Shown here: positions 46,020 to 55,668 of the stretch, piece after piece
Layout of the letters: every line of letters starts with the position of its first letter
Position numbering within the stretch: the first letter of the stretch is position 1
From: Candidatus Wolfebacteria bacterium GW2011_GWB1_47_1
GTDB taxonomy: Bacteria; Patescibacteriota; Minisyncoccia; UBA6257; UBA9933
Assembly (NCBI GenBank): GCA_001029635.1
Contig: CP011209.1
Span: forward strand, 683,969-747,968
Direction: 5' to 3'
Length of the DNA: 64,000 bases
Made by a program: the position numbers and the translations under genes
Notes under the pieces: generated by a model
Told to the model about the DNA's origin: nothing
Seen by the model: the letters and a program-made list of their open reading frames with translations, nothing else
Database searches by the model: none

Positions 46020-46646
46020 TTATATTCGCTTAAATCCTCTTCGTAAGATAGTCAGCACCAGAGCAACAATGCCCACCGCAATGACTATCTGCCAATATAT
46101 CGGAATCACAATCGCATACGAAAAGAATAAAATAAATGGGATCATCCCCACTGTCGTTGCCACACAATAGGGAATAAACTTGATCGTTGAAAAGAGCCCT
46201 AGCGCATAGCTTAATATATCCACCGGAACAACCATGCGCAGTAGTAGCGTACTCGCAAATACATTCCTATGCCCCATGATTCCCTCAAGCTTCCCCATAC
46301 TCCTCGCATCCACCACCTTCCCAATAATCCTTCTGCCATATGTGCGCGCCAGTAAAAATGCAATACCTGCGCCTATACTCCACGCCACAAGCGTCACCAC
46401 CGCAGTCGTAAAGCTGCCCCAGATGGCTGCTGCAATTGGTACCAACGGCAACGAACTTACCGGGGCAATGACGATCGCGATAATCGCAACAAGTCCATAT
46501 GCGATCATGCCAACCGCCCGCTGATCCGTGGCGACTAATGTCTGCAACTGATCCGCATACTGCCGGGCATAATATTGCGCAACCACAAAAAATAACACTA
46601 CCGCCACAATCCCCATTAATTCTTTTTTTGTATAGGGTATGCGCAT
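46020..46646 (-). CDS. TVP38/TMEM64 (DedA-superfamily) membrane protein
   Basis: Five to six TM helices. LVAWSIGAGIAFLLARTYGRRII matches the DedA/TVP38 core motif. Confidence 0.7.
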   Translation of the reverse strand: MRIPYTKKELMGIVAVVLFFVVAQYYARQYADQLQTLVATDQRAVGMIAYGLVAIIAIVIAPVSSLPLVPIAAAIWGSFTTAVVTLVAWSIGAGIAFLLARTYGRRIIGKVVDARSMGKLEGIMGHRNVFASTLLLRMVVPVDILSYALGLFSTIKFIPYCVATTVGMIPFILFFSYAIVIPIYWQIVIAVGIVALVLTILRRGFKRI

Positions 46647-46648
46647 GC

Positions 46649-48241
46649 TTACCGTATGATCGTTTTCATTGCCGCATAGAGCACCCCCATGTGTCGAATG
46701 CCTTTATACATCGGCGATGGCCGTTTATCCAGACCAAATAGCGTATCGACAGCAATCTGGGCCGATCGGATCGAATATTCGACCGTAAACACAACATCCC
46801 CCGGAACTTCACAATATTGCCCCACAAACGCAAAGTTCATCGCCCCTTGTGGTACAACCGCGGGCCGATCGGAAATCTTCCTCGGTAAAAACAGACTCGT
46901 TATATACGGAGTTCCGCATGGAATACATACCGCGCTCCCGAGTATCGCATCCCTATGCGCTTCAAATCCCAGGTGGTGAACCAGCTCGATAAGTATTTCC
47001 TCACCAGTACATTCGGACATCTTCTTTTTAACAATGTTCCCCACGGCGTCAGAACGCAATCCGTATCCCCAACACAGATTTATAGTATTAGGCTGATGCA
47101 AAAAATATGGCTTATACGATAACACTACGGACATAAACCAATTCGAATCCACTATGTTAACACCCCCATAGGTCGTCACTTTTTTATGCACAAATTTTTC
47201 CATCAGATCGAAGAACGTCCGGTCTCGGAATGTGATCGTAAACGATGTCCACCCTGATCTATCCGTGTGCCCACCAAATACCGCGGGCACACCAAATTCT
47301 GGCCTCCCCGCAGCGATGCGCTCCCATAATGCCCATGATCCACTTTTGTTCCGCAAATCGACTATCGGCACAGTGTGCATTGAACCAATCGCAGAGTTCG
47401 CGACGATCGATCCCAGCGTCATAATGACGCGATCACTCTCTTTAACCATAACCTTGGTCTCAGTTCCGCACTGCCCATATATAATGTATTCCACCCGTTG
47501 TCCTTTTCGCGTCGACACAAATCCTACATCTGTCACTTTCGCATTCGTCACAAACACAACCCCCCGACTCTTGAGCCAGTCAACAATCGGCATCACCAGA
47601 AATTCATATTGGTTATATGGTGAGATCTCGATATCCTCCAACGTATCTATTGTCGAAAACCCCTGTATAAACCGCAGGAAATAACGCCTAAATTCTATGG
47701 CACTATGCCACGGTTGAAACGCAAAGACGGTACAAAATTCATACCAAAAATTCGACGTAAAAAAATCATTGGTAAACAAGCTCTTAATATCTCTATCTTC
47801 CAACGAAACCTCACTTCTCAATAACAAACCAATAAGATTAAGCCTGTCTTTACTACTTAAGCCTAATGGATGACTATCGATAACTTGCCTATTCTTTAGC
47901 AACCGCGCCTTTGAATATGATCTACTCTTTTTATTGAATTCGACAAATTCTTCTCTAAGCGTTTTTCCCTTCGCAATCAACGATGGGATACTCGCCATTA
48001 GATCAAACGTTGCCGTAAATGCTTTTTCTTCAAACATGCGAATCCCCCGCATAACATACCCTTCGGATTCGGAAAGATCTTGCGCATCTAGGCTTCCCCC
48101 AATCCTTTTTGCCTCATCAAATATAGAGATGCTCTCACCTTTTATACCCGCGTCTTTGATACAGTATACAGCCGCCGCAAGCGATGCAATTCCCCCGCCG
48201 ATCAAATATACCTTTGTTTCCTTATCTTTGTTCATTATCAT
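46649..48241 (-). CDS. ohyA: oleate hydratase / myosin-cross-reactive-antigen family FAD enzyme
   Basis: KVYLIGGGIASLAAAVYCIKDAG (FAD GxGxxG/A). MCRA family motifs (RGIRMFEE..F, FQPWHSAIEFRRY). Somewhat short at 530 aa. Confidence 0.7.
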   Translation of the reverse strand: MIMNKDKETKVYLIGGGIASLAAAVYCIKDAGIKGESISIFDEAKRIGGSLDAQDLSESEGYVMRGIRMFEEKAFTATFDLMASIPSLIAKGKTLREEFVEFNKKSRSYSKARLLKNRQVIDSHPLGLSSKDRLNLIGLLLRSEVSLEDRDIKSLFTNDFFTSNFWYEFCTVFAFQPWHSAIEFRRYFLRFIQGFSTIDTLEDIEISPYNQYEFLVMPIVDWLKSRGVVFVTNAKVTDVGFVSTRKGQRVEYIIYGQCGTETKVMVKESDRVIMTLGSIVANSAIGSMHTVPIVDLRNKSGSWALWERIAAGRPEFGVPAVFGGHTDRSGWTSFTITFRDRTFFDLMEKFVHKKVTTYGGVNIVDSNWFMSVVLSYKPYFLHQPNTINLCWGYGLRSDAVGNIVKKKMSECTGEEILIELVHHLGFEAHRDAILGSAVCIPCGTPYITSLFLPRKISDRPAVVPQGAMNFAFVGQYCEVPGDVVFTVEYSIRSAQIAVDTLFGLDKRPSPMYKGIRHMGVLYAAMKTIIR

Positions 48242-48319
48242 TATACTGTATCATTTCTTGATTTTTTACCTACATTGGCCCACATAAAATACCCCAAAGG
48301 GGCATTTTATGGTTTTAAA

Positions 48320-49066
48320 TCACTTTTTTGCAAACCCTTCCAATGCCTTCAGTGCCTCTATCGGCACCATGTAAACGACAGTATTTGACTGATCCGATGA
48401 CATATCATTGATCGACTGCAGTGTCCTCAGGTGTAACGCACCCGGCGTAGCAGCAAGCATTTCTGCCGCCTTTGCAATATTTTGCGATGCCGCAAGTTCA
48501 CCCTCGGAGTTGATAATAACAGCACGCTTTTCACGCTCCGCTTCCGCCTGTTTACCGATTGTCCGCTCCATTTCCGCGGGTAGACTAACATCCTTCAATT
48601 CGACATTATTTACCTTCAATCCCCACGCATCCGTCTCCTTGTCGACGATCTCGCGGATCCGGTCGGCTATCTTGTCTCTGCTTGAGAGCAACTCGTCGAG
48701 CGTTACCTCACCGACTATGTTTCGCATCGTCGTTTGCGCATACTGCGAGATCGCATATCGGAAATCTTCCACTTCGATCACGGATTTCGGCGCGTCGCTC
48801 ACCTTGTAATAGATGACGGCATTCACCTTTACTGAAACATTATCGCGAGTAATCGCGTTTTGATCCGGCACATCGACCGCTTTGATACGCACATCAACTT
48901 TCTGATAAGTCTGAATCACGGGCCATACAATCCTCCACCCCGGCTCCATAACGGCTGTAAATTTCCCAAACGTGAATTTAACACCCTTTTCGTATTGATT
49001 TATTTGACGAATGCTCGTGATAATAACGAGTATGATCGCTATTGCGATCGGGGTGATTATTGTCAT
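48320..49066 (-). CDS. SPFH/band-7 (stomatin-like) protein
   Basis: N-terminal TM, then the PHB domain (VDVRIKAVDVPDQNAITRDNVSVKVNAVIYYKV) and a coiled-coil tail. Confidence 0.85.
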   Translation of the reverse strand: MTIITPIAIAIILVIITSIRQINQYEKGVKFTFGKFTAVMEPGWRIVWPVIQTYQKVDVRIKAVDVPDQNAITRDNVSVKVNAVIYYKVSDAPKSVIEVEDFRYAISQYAQTTMRNIVGEVTLDELLSSRDKIADRIREIVDKETDAWGLKVNNVELKDVSLPAEMERTIGKQAEAEREKRAVIINSEGELAASQNIAKAAEMLAATPGALHLRTLQSINDMSSDQSNTVVYMVPIEALKALEGFAKK

Positions 49067-49118
49067 ATGTTTTGATAATTGCGAATATTACTCATTATAC
49101 CGCCCACTTCCCAAAATG

Positions 49119-49146
49119 ACAAAAAAGGGGGCACATGCGTGCCCCC
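49119..49146 (-). terminator. rho-independent terminator
   Basis: A6-GGGGGCAC-ATGC-GTGCCCCC, with a U-run on the minus strand. Confidence 0.75.
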
Positions 49147-49158
49147 TTGCTCCACCTT

Positions 49159-49824
49159 CTAAAAGTGGATTGCGGTGCTGACGGCGTACGAATCGTATCC
49201 GTCCATCCCGTGAAAGTAATCGGCGCCGACCTCTATAGACCCTATGCGCAGACTTGCGCCACTCCCTATGAACGCGCCCTGGAGCTGGTACCCGCCGGTC
49301 ACGTTGACCGTCAGGCAATCTAGGGGTTTGATTTGTGCGATGCCGCCCGTACGCAATTGGTGGAATCGAGGAATATCCAAAGTGAATGCGTAGTTCCCGT
49401 TCTGCGTAGGAATCACGAAATCCTGCGAGTACAGGCCGAAGTGGTAGACGTAGTTTAGAAACCCGCCCACCCGCAGGTCTCCTACGTCGGTCAACTTAAC
49501 CCCCTGACTCAGCTCGATCCCCAGGCCGGAAATCTTCTCGTCCTTAAGCCCCATGCCTGGCATAACTGCGTCGACGATCTCGAGCTTCGTGTAGAAACCT
49601 TGGATCTCAACCCTGGTCACGGTCGGCTCGTACTCGTACCCGATGACCGGTCCGTAATTGGTCAGATGCATCGGCTGGGCATCCTTTTCGGTCGGCATGT
49701 AGCGCTCCTCCTGGAGCTTCATGCCGACATAGAAGCCGGACTCGGTTGCCAGGGTTACTGCGTATACGGGAACGGAAGCTACCAGTACTATTATTGCCAC
49801 TGCGAGACTCACAATACGCTTCAT
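49159..49824 (-). CDS. OMP-like beta-barrel protein (signal peptide, C-terminal Phe), GC-rich insert
   Basis: Signal peptide MKRIVSLAVAIIVLVASVPVYA. Alternating hydrophobic beta-strand pattern. The C-terminal ...AIHF ends in an aromatic residue as in outer-membrane barrels. Local GC clearly exceeds flanks. Confidence 0.5.
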   Translation of the reverse strand: MKRIVSLAVAIIVLVASVPVYAVTLATESGFYVGMKLQEERYMPTEKDAQPMHLTNYGPVIGYEYEPTVTRVEIQGFYTKLEIVDAVMPGMGLKDEKISGLGIELSQGVKLTDVGDLRVGGFLNYVYHFGLYSQDFVIPTQNGNYAFTLDIPRFHQLRTGGIAQIKPLDCLTVNVTGGYQLQGAFIGSGASLRIGSIEVGADYFHGMDGYDSYAVSTAIHF

Positions 49825-49964
49825 ACTGCCCCCTTTTATGTGTTTATTTAACAGCTATTTAAAGCAATATCACATATATAACTATTTTGCAAATTCTTCG
49901 ATTGTACAAAAAAGGGGTAGTAATCATACTATCCCTTATATGCCGCTACGCTGCGACAGCTGCT

Positions 49965-50261
49965 TCACTTTTTGGACTGCTGACATCCTTCGTCTCCTTT
50001 TCCTTCCTGATATTTCTTTCCGATCTTAAATCTCCATCCCGAAACTTCTTTATCCAAAGTCTCTTCCAACAGTTTAATCCGCCCTTTCAGAAATAATAGA
50101 TCGTGCTGAGTCGGACTATTTTCTATGACATACCGAAGTACCTGGTACTGCTCATAGATCCCCGCTGCCCGTTGTTCTGCTTCCACTACCTGTTTAGCCA
50201 GCTCCCCATTCAATCTCTCAAGTTCAACAATCCTTCTTTGTTGCTCGATTTCCTTTGTCAT
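49965..50261 (-). CDS. hypothetical coiled-coil protein
   Basis: 98 aa with a heptad-like EQ-rich sequence. Confidence 0.4.
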   Translation of the reverse strand: MTKEIEQQRRIVELERLNGELAKQVVEAEQRAAGIYEQYQVLRYVIENSPTQHDLLFLKGRIKLLEETLDKEVSGWRFKIGKKYQEGKGDEGCQQSKK

Positions 50262-50349
50262 AACACCCTCCTTCCTGTCTTACGCCCGTATGCAGTTGGT
50301 AGTTAGCTATCTCATTAATACCAATACTTACTGACTTCGTCAAACAATG

Positions 50350-50521
50350 TATAACGAACGCACATTTCGGACAACAGAAGACATTTATGTGCTGTTGCGG
50401 AAAAAGTGTGTGTCATCCCGGCCTTCGCCGGTATGACAATTCGGTCAATGCGTCTATTTGACGCATTGATTATTCCCATGGAATTATATACTTTTTGTCC
50501 GAAATGTGCGTTGGCGGAGTA
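50350..50521. mobile_element. MITE-like non-autonomous element, copy B (172 bp, same family as copy A, opposite orientation)
   Basis: Terminal inverted repeats AACGCACATTTCGGACAA (50357-50374) and TTGTCCGAAATGTGCGTTGG (50495-50514). Internal hairpin TGTCATCCCGGC/GCCGGTATGACA shared with copy A. Flanking AACAA-type duplication is imperfect. Confidence 0.65.
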
Positions 50522-50576
50522 AACAAATAAAAAACATATCACCAAAGCCAATGTGTTTTCCATTTATACATTACCA

Positions 50577-51206
50577 TCACTCATTCATCCTCTTTGTTCT
50601 AAAGTGCCAATAGATAAGCACACTCAATATCGCCGCAAAGAAGCACCAGACTGAAAAGAACACATTTACAAAAAACCATGCCGCAACGGCAAACGATCCA
50701 AAAAGCGTTAGCCCAAATATATTCATCATCCTATAACTTGAGACGAGCAAACTCCCACAGACGATCGTGACATATACCGCCGTAGTGACAAGCGGGTACA
50801 ACGTCATGGAATTGTACCCGATACTTCGATCGATAATGCAAGACGTGACCGAATTCAAGCCAATAAAATATGCAATATATAACCCTACTCCTAACCCAAT
50901 TGCCAAAAATAAACCCAGAATCCTTTTTCTTCTCGGATCTTTTTCTATTAGTAGCACAGAAAGCGGAATAAAGATCGGCCACAGTATATGCGAAAAAAAT
51001 ACATACGCATACGTTGCAATCATATTGAGTATCGGCTTACCGAATGAAATCCATACCACTCCCTCGATGGCTTGCTGAATCCCGAGAAGGAGCGGTACGC
51101 TTGCGAGCGGAAGCTCCTTTTTCTTTTTTGCCTTTGCAATCGTCAAAACGCCAGCCACGCTCAGCGCTCCTCCTGCTGCAAAACTTGCTGTTGCTGAAAA
51201 ACACAT
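50577..51206 (-). CDS. hypothetical polytopic membrane protein
   Basis: About six TM helices. No motif recognised. Confidence 0.5.
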   Translation of the reverse strand: MCFSATASFAAGGALSVAGVLTIAKAKKKKELPLASVPLLLGIQQAIEGVVWISFGKPILNMIATYAYVFFSHILWPIFIPLSVLLIEKDPRRKRILGLFLAIGLGVGLYIAYFIGLNSVTSCIIDRSIGYNSMTLYPLVTTAVYVTIVCGSLLVSSYRMMNIFGLTLFGSFAVAAWFFVNVFFSVWCFFAAILSVLIYWHFRTKRMNE

Positions 51207-51295
51207 ATCATTTTATTTTAGCAAATTACGTCGCGTTGATACAGTAAGCAAAAACACGCCCATATATAAGCGTGCTTTTGCTTCTCTCTTATTTA

Positions 51296-53062
51296 TTATT
51301 CAATGCCAATCATCCGATACAAGATATGTACCATTCGATCCAATAGCGGCATAACTTTCCCCGATGAGGTTTCCGTCTTGGTTTCAGTCGGTAATACATA
51401 CGTGCCGTCCGCTGGCGGTTGTGTCATTTGCTCGCCCGGCATCGGCTGATACTGCTGATAATCAGCGGGGGGCATTTTCCCTTCTGTCGGGTATGTTTGA
51501 ATACCCTCCTTGTATATCTGCTGCCCTTCCATCCCTGACTGCTGAATCGGCACACCACATTCCTGCGGATGATTTTGACAGTACACTCTGCACTCTTCAG
51601 GACTCGTACAACCTCCCGGGCCCATCATCCGCTGCTGTTCCTGTATAGGTATCATCAGTTCCTTATACTCTTCCTTGCGAATGCCTTCGGGTATCATTTG
51701 CCCGCTCGTCGAAAACGATTCGTAATTCCTCACGGGAAGTTGTTGTGGCGTCCGTTGCTGTTGTCCATACTGTTCAAAACAACTCCGCATTTTCCCTTCG
51801 ATCTCTGGCGTCGGCCGGAATGTTCCCGTTTTTATTTGCTCGGCCACATCTTCCCCTGTCGAATCTTTCAAACACCGCGCAACCTCGCTCGGCATTTGAT
51901 TCGCATTTATCATCGGACGCTCAACGAAAGGCATTTGGCCCTCTCCTTGTCCCTGTCGAGGCTCTCCACCTTGCCCTTTAAATTCCTCTCTTCGGAAATC
52001 ATCTTGCTGCATTTGGCCTTCCTGCGAGCGCATCGCGCTCTCGAAGCATTTCTGCATCGTATCGCCAATCTCCATCGACGGCATGGCGGTTCCGTTCTTC
52101 AATTTCTCAATACGCTCGCTTCCCAAAGCCTCATTCAAGCACTGCTGAACCTCCGGCGGCGCCTGATTGAATCCTTGCATCATCTGTTGCTTACCTTCTT
52201 CCATTCGCTTCAGATCCCCCTCCTTTACTAATCCATACTCCTTGGCAAAATTGAAACATGTCTCCTGATTGGTCTGGTTTCCGCAAAATGCGTCACACTC
52301 TTCCTTACCTCGGCATCCACCCGGACCCTTACCGCCCGTCTTGCGCGCCATCTGCACTTCCTCCGGCTTCATAAAACCTGCCGCTTCGGCAAATGCGATA
52401 CATTCTTCAACATGACTTTCCTCGCTGCAATATACATCACACTCTTCCTTACCTCGGCACGCAGGAGGTTTGATGCCGCTCTTGATCGCGCTCAACACCT
52501 TCTTTGCTTCTACGAGCTCTTTTTCCTTCATGAAGCCGGCTGCTTCGGCAAATGTCATACATTCTTCCATATGATCTACTTGCGAACAATACGCATCGCA
52601 CGATTTTTTGTTCTTGCACGCGGGCGGCTTCACTCCGCGCTGAATCGCCGATTGTATCTTCTTTGCCTCCTCCAACTCCTGCGCCGGCATTAGGCCGTTC
52701 TTTTCGGCGAATGCCACGCATTCATTAATATGACTTATGTCATCACAGAATGTTTTACACTCTTCCTTACCTCGGCATCCACCCGGACCCTTCGCTCCGG
52801 CTGCTATGAATTTCTCCGCCGTTTCGACTTCCCGCGTCGACATCAACTTATTCTTCTTTGCGAACGCAATACATGCCTGGATATTGTCCGGCTTATCGCA
52901 ATATGTCTTGCAAGCTGCTTTATTTTTACAATTATCCAGTTCCTCAACGGGATATTGCACGTTTGAAATATTTTGAGCAGTCGCCGATTGTATTAGGGTA
53001 AAAGAAAATACCACCGAGAAGGCAATGATCGTCAAGCTGAGATACTGTTGTGTATGTTTCAT
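51296..53062 (-). CDS. secreted cysteine-rich repeat protein (six C-x5-C-x3-C-x8-C modules)
   Basis: Signal peptide. Repeated ~45-aa modules (C.(G/N)K..C..(Y/F)C........EC..FAE..G.M...E...A.K) plus a Q/M/P-rich low-complexity segment. Confidence 0.55.
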   Translation of the reverse strand: MKHTQQYLSLTIIAFSVVFSFTLIQSATAQNISNVQYPVEELDNCKNKAACKTYCDKPDNIQACIAFAKKNKLMSTREVETAEKFIAAGAKGPGGCRGKEECKTFCDDISHINECVAFAEKNGLMPAQELEEAKKIQSAIQRGVKPPACKNKKSCDAYCSQVDHMEECMTFAEAAGFMKEKELVEAKKVLSAIKSGIKPPACRGKEECDVYCSEESHVEECIAFAEAAGFMKPEEVQMARKTGGKGPGGCRGKEECDAFCGNQTNQETCFNFAKEYGLVKEGDLKRMEEGKQQMMQGFNQAPPEVQQCLNEALGSERIEKLKNGTAMPSMEIGDTMQKCFESAMRSQEGQMQQDDFRREEFKGQGGEPRQGQGEGQMPFVERPMINANQMPSEVARCLKDSTGEDVAEQIKTGTFRPTPEIEGKMRSCFEQYGQQQRTPQQLPVRNYESFSTSGQMIPEGIRKEEYKELMIPIQEQQRMMGPGGCTSPEECRVYCQNHPQECGVPIQQSGMEGQQIYKEGIQTYPTEGKMPPADYQQYQPMPGEQMTQPPADGTYVLPTETKTETSSGKVMPLLDRMVHILYRMIGIE

Positions 53063-53080
53063 GATTATATTAGTCGATAC

Positions 53081-53365
53081 TTATTCAAACGGATTCGTCT
53101 TCACGTCCGTGAACGGATTTGTTTTTTCGACTGGATTTGTTTCTGAAACAGGCTGATACGGATTTGCCGATGTGTTCAACTCGGGCAATACCTCTTCAAC
53201 CGTACTGCCGGTGAGATCCGGCGCCTGCGGGACCGACGACCCTTTCCAATACACATAGCCGCCGATTCCAAGCGCGACTATGACGATCACTGCGATCGCC
53301 AAACCAAGCGTCTTTTTATTCAACACTTTCACCGGCGGAACACCGGGAATTTGTGGGGTATTCAT
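53081..53365 (-). CDS. small membrane-anchored protein with NPF/NPV repeats
   Basis: 94 aa. TM helix, then a Pro-rich tail with four TNPF/TNPV repeats. Confidence 0.4.
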   Translation of the reverse strand: MNTPQIPGVPPVKVLNKKTLGLAIAVIVIVALGIGGYVYWKGSSVPQAPDLTGSTVEEVLPELNTSANPYQPVSETNPVEKTNPFTDVKTNPFE

Positions 53366-53441
53366 ATACTATAGTATACAACAAGCACATGATAAACACA
53401 TCACACGTACCAGCAAAAAATCCCCTTCCCGCACCGCCCAC

Positions 53442-54614
53442 TCAAAATATAACCCCGATATATTGCTTGATATACGATGTTTTGTCGGCAAATCGCCCCG
53501 CGCTCAAGTTTACTACGCTTCTATCTTCACCGGTATCTATAGTATGCATTCGCACCTCCCACCCGCTGTCATACTCTATTGTATATATGAATGTCGCACT
53601 ATTGGGAAGAAAATCGCGCACTTCTTTTTGCCCTCTCTTTGCTGTATTCACCAAATTAGACGGCAAAATATGATAGCGTTCCCCACTATTGATATTTACT
53701 CCTTTAATTTCTTGTTTGGGCGGATAATACGCCAAAACACTTCTATCGACAAAAACATCATATACGACATCCTTGCCGTTAAAGGCCATCGTTCCAACTC
53801 CCAGATCATCCGCCAGTCGCTTCTGCGACATATCCGTTAACGAGATCAAATCTACCGAACCTGCCTTGTCATGTCTAGCGCTTATGATCTTGAACGCAAG
53901 GTCATACCGAGGATAGAGTTTGTAATACTCATTAGAGAAATACGGGAGGTGCATATCGACAATATTCCCGCTTTCCAGCTCCACATATAGATATTTAAGA
54001 TCGGAATCCGAGTCTAAAGGATGATTCGCTCTATCCCTGACCACATTAAAATAGAGCCGATTGGTATCGCCCGAAAATCCGACCGCATATGCCTCCGTGT
54101 AATTTTTACATTCCGCGCATGGGTATTTTTTTATTTGACCGGTCTTGGTATTTAATACACTTACCTCATGCGCGCCTTCGCGCGTACGCCCGGCGATACC
54201 GATCAGACCGCCATCAGCAGTGTAGGCGGGCGACATTTCATATGGCGTTATATCTATATCCAAATCCTTATATGTATCCGAAATATCCTTTCCTTTTTTA
54301 TCAAAAAATCTGCTCGCGGTACTTGTTCCAATTCCAATATCGCTATGATTAAATACGGTCAACGTTTCCCATTGCTCGGTGGTCGAGTGGATCAATATAT
54401 CGTCCGTCCCGTCTATACTCACCGAACGATAGTCGTCCCGTACCGATTCGCCTTGCGCGTCAAAATTCTGTACCCTATAAACTATCCTTGGCTGACCATT
54501 CATTGTAGCTACATTATATTTTTGCAGATACAAAAAGACGGCAGTCAACATGGCCGTCGCAAAAACTCCCACGCCGATCATTAATGCTTTTTGTTCAAGT
54601 AGACGTTTCAGCAT
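53442..54614 (-). CDS. hypothetical membrane-anchored extracytoplasmic protein
   Basis: 390 aa with an N-terminal TM. Beta-rich composition. Confidence 0.5.
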   Translation of the reverse strand: MLKRLLEQKALMIGVGVFATAMLTAVFLYLQKYNVATMNGQPRIVYRVQNFDAQGESVRDDYRSVSIDGTDDILIHSTTEQWETLTVFNHSDIGIGTSTASRFFDKKGKDISDTYKDLDIDITPYEMSPAYTADGGLIGIAGRTREGAHEVSVLNTKTGQIKKYPCAECKNYTEAYAVGFSGDTNRLYFNVVRDRANHPLDSDSDLKYLYVELESGNIVDMHLPYFSNEYYKLYPRYDLAFKIISARHDKAGSVDLISLTDMSQKRLADDLGVGTMAFNGKDVVYDVFVDRSVLAYYPPKQEIKGVNINSGERYHILPSNLVNTAKRGQKEVRDFLPNSATFIYTIEYDSGWEVRMHTIDTGEDRSVVNLSAGRFADKTSYIKQYIGVIF

Positions 54615-54642
54615 ATATATCGCTCGGGCAACCTCTTTACAT

Positions 54643-55581
54643 TTACAGATCCCCGAAAAAACTCAGATTGCTTTCATAGCTCAAAACATTGCCGGTATTC
54701 GTGACCACTACTTGCACAAAAGGAAACATCTCCGAAACCAGTCCTGCGGGCGGAACATAACGTCTATTTTCCCAGCGCAATACATGATCTTTCCCCGCGT
54801 AACGGGCATCATTATCGGAATTGCCAGAAACTTCCTTTCCCACGCTGTGCGTAAATTCATATTCCACCGCGCTTATTTTGCCGAATAATTCCACCCCAAG
54901 AATATCCCGCAAACAACGCTTCGCGCTTTCTTCGGTCGCCTCGCGGATCACTTCCGCCATATCGGGATTCTGAGGCAGCTCGCTAAATGTGTACAATGCC
55001 CTTTTCTCACCACCGATTCGGTTTGCTTCGTCGGCAGTCATCGCATACGAAGGAGTCCCGTTGGGGTCGGCAATCGAACGCATACTCACTACCCTATTTG
55101 TCTTAAAGTCGACCATGTATTCGTTGATCTTCCCCGCCCATATATCATTGTCCCGGAATATACCCACTTTCTCCTCTACGGTCGGAATGTGGCCGTTTTC
55201 CGTCGACGTTCCGATGCCGAAATTATCATACTGTGCATCCATGTCAACCGCCGTAAAATTCAAAAGAGTGGCTTGACTACCAAAGCTTTGGCACTTATCA
55301 ATTTTTTCGGCAAAGTCCCTAAGCGCATCGGACGGTCCGGGCGCATACCGCTTTACAAATTTCTCCCCGGTCCACAAGATGCATTCCTGCTCGATATCGT
55401 TTTCGGTGGGTGCTACATAGTCATAGACTACCATCGCACGAACCAGCCAGCCACCCTCCCGACATTCTTCAAATGAATTTATTTTTGCGCTTTTCGCCAC
55501 CATAATTATATATGATACGCCAATCGCCGCTAGAACTACATTAACGCAACCAAAAATTTTCATTTTTCTAGATTTAATCAT
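54643..55581 (-). CDS. hypothetical membrane-anchored protein
   Basis: 312 aa with an N-terminal TM. Confidence 0.5.
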   Translation of the reverse strand: MIKSRKMKIFGCVNVVLAAIGVSYIIMVAKSAKINSFEECREGGWLVRAMVVYDYVAPTENDIEQECILWTGEKFVKRYAPGPSDALRDFAEKIDKCQSFGSQATLLNFTAVDMDAQYDNFGIGTSTENGHIPTVEEKVGIFRDNDIWAGKINEYMVDFKTNRVVSMRSIADPNGTPSYAMTADEANRIGGEKRALYTFSELPQNPDMAEVIREATEESAKRCLRDILGVELFGKISAVEYEFTHSVGKEVSGNSDNDARYAGKDHVLRWENRRYVPPAGLVSEMFPFVQVVVTNTGNVLSYESNLSFFGDL

Positions 55582-55668
55582 TTTTCGTCTCTCAAGAGGG
55601 GCTTCTTAATGCATCAATTCATCGTCCTGATTACTTAGCCTATTCACTATTTTCCCGTCTACCTCACC

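Noticed and set aside
50315-50563. 82-aa ORF containing ...IPAKAGMTH...
   Set aside because: It lies wholly inside MITE copy B. The peptide is the translation of the GTCATCCCGGC hairpin.
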